64,000 bases of DNA, from contig OZ025733.1 in assembly GCA_964019335.1 (NCBI GenBank), positions 186,001-250,000 on the forward strand, in the 5' to 3' direction. The translations under genes were made by a program, and so were the position numbers. Within the stretch, counting starts at the first letter, position 1, and the number at the start of each line of letters is the position of its first letter. The notes beneath the pieces were generated by a model. It was not told where the DNA came from. It made no database searches and saw nothing but the letters and a program-made list of their open reading frames with translations. This DNA comes from Diplonema japonicum (taxonomy: Eukaryota; Protista; Euglenozoa: Diplonemea). This document shows, piece after piece, positions 63,191 through 64,000 of the stretch.

Positions 63191-63730
63191 GGAAAACGTT
63201 TTTTTTTTTTTTTTTTTTTTTTTTCTTAATCAGGGTAACATGTGCAGGAAAAAAAAAAAAAAAAAAAAAAAAAAGTGTTGTTTTGCTACAAACACCCCAC
63301 CCCACCCCCCAGTGCGCTTTGGAACTTGACGGTAAAAAGATTAATACCTCCCCCATGGGGCAAAGTTATTTTTTTTAAAACAGCAAAGAAATTTTAAAAA
63401 AAAATAATAATAATAAAGGAACGGATTTGAACAACAAAAAAGTAAGTAACCAGTACTACCCTGACACACACGGTAGGTAAAAAAAAAAACCTCGGCAAAT
63501 TTGTCTTTGAAGCGAGAAGAGAGGGGTAGATAAGAACGATGTTATTTGTCCCACCCTTCGGTGCCTGAGAAAGCAAACAAAGGGGAAAAAAAAAAAGAGA
63601 GAAAAGAAAAAAAAAAACGAAAAGCCTATCTTTCCTAACCTTTATTTTCGCTTGATTCACTTCTGTGTCATATGTAATTTCAACACAAATAAAAAAAACA
63701 AATAAAAAACATGGTTTTTAAAAGGCTGCG

Positions 63731-63786
<56 letters not shown>

Positions 63787-64000
63787 TGCTAGGCAACAAA
63801 GTTGCAAATAGTCATAAAAACCATTTTTTTTTTTTTTGAAAAGATAAATATTTGTAAAAGAAGAAAAAAAAACAGTAAAGGAAAACACCAAATAAAATAA
63901 TGATATAAAAAAAAAAAAAAGGATTCTCAGAAAAAACAAAAAAGAAAAAAAAAAAAGAGGAACTGGCCGTTGGTTTCACACGTACCTCAGGTAAAAAACC

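Noticed and set aside
58226-64000. Numerous short Phe/Lys-rich ORFs in the gene-poor tail and other spacers
   Set aside because: Translations of poly-T/poly-A tracts with no coding signal.

Overview
Eukaryotic genomic DNA, most likely a euglenozoan of the diplonemid type (inference from strictly co-oriented genes, PT/TDAP-repeat secreted proteins and a YLPQS-type membrane nucleotide-cyclase-like gene). About 20 protein genes all lie on the + strand, separated by spacers rich in poly-A/T/C/G. Contents: two tandem copies (9112-bp offset) of a giant 2489-aa secreted mosaic protein; a coiled-coil protein; an amino-acid transporter; an LRR/IQ protein; two alliinase/TAR-family PLP enzymes; a Cys-rich secreted protein; PDZ and beta/gamma-crystallin-like proteins; a JmjC hydroxylase; an atypical Hsp70-ankyrin fusion; a ubiquitin-like/ankyrin protein; SCO1; an ankyrin protein; two class-3 lipases; a Nudix hydrolase; and a degenerate cyclase. 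Features the ORF track misses: eight very short GT-AG introns, mostly A/purine-rich; a dispersed family of ~35-45-nt intergenic hairpins with compensatory base changes, mostly placed just before poly-U tracts (candidate trans-splicing/RNA-processing signal); three related ~50-aa micro-ORFs; a TTAA-flanked piggyBac-like non-autonomous element carrying non-transposase cargo; a hAT-like MITE; and a two-variant 22-bp minisatellite. Family assignments come from motif recognition by eye, not database searches.
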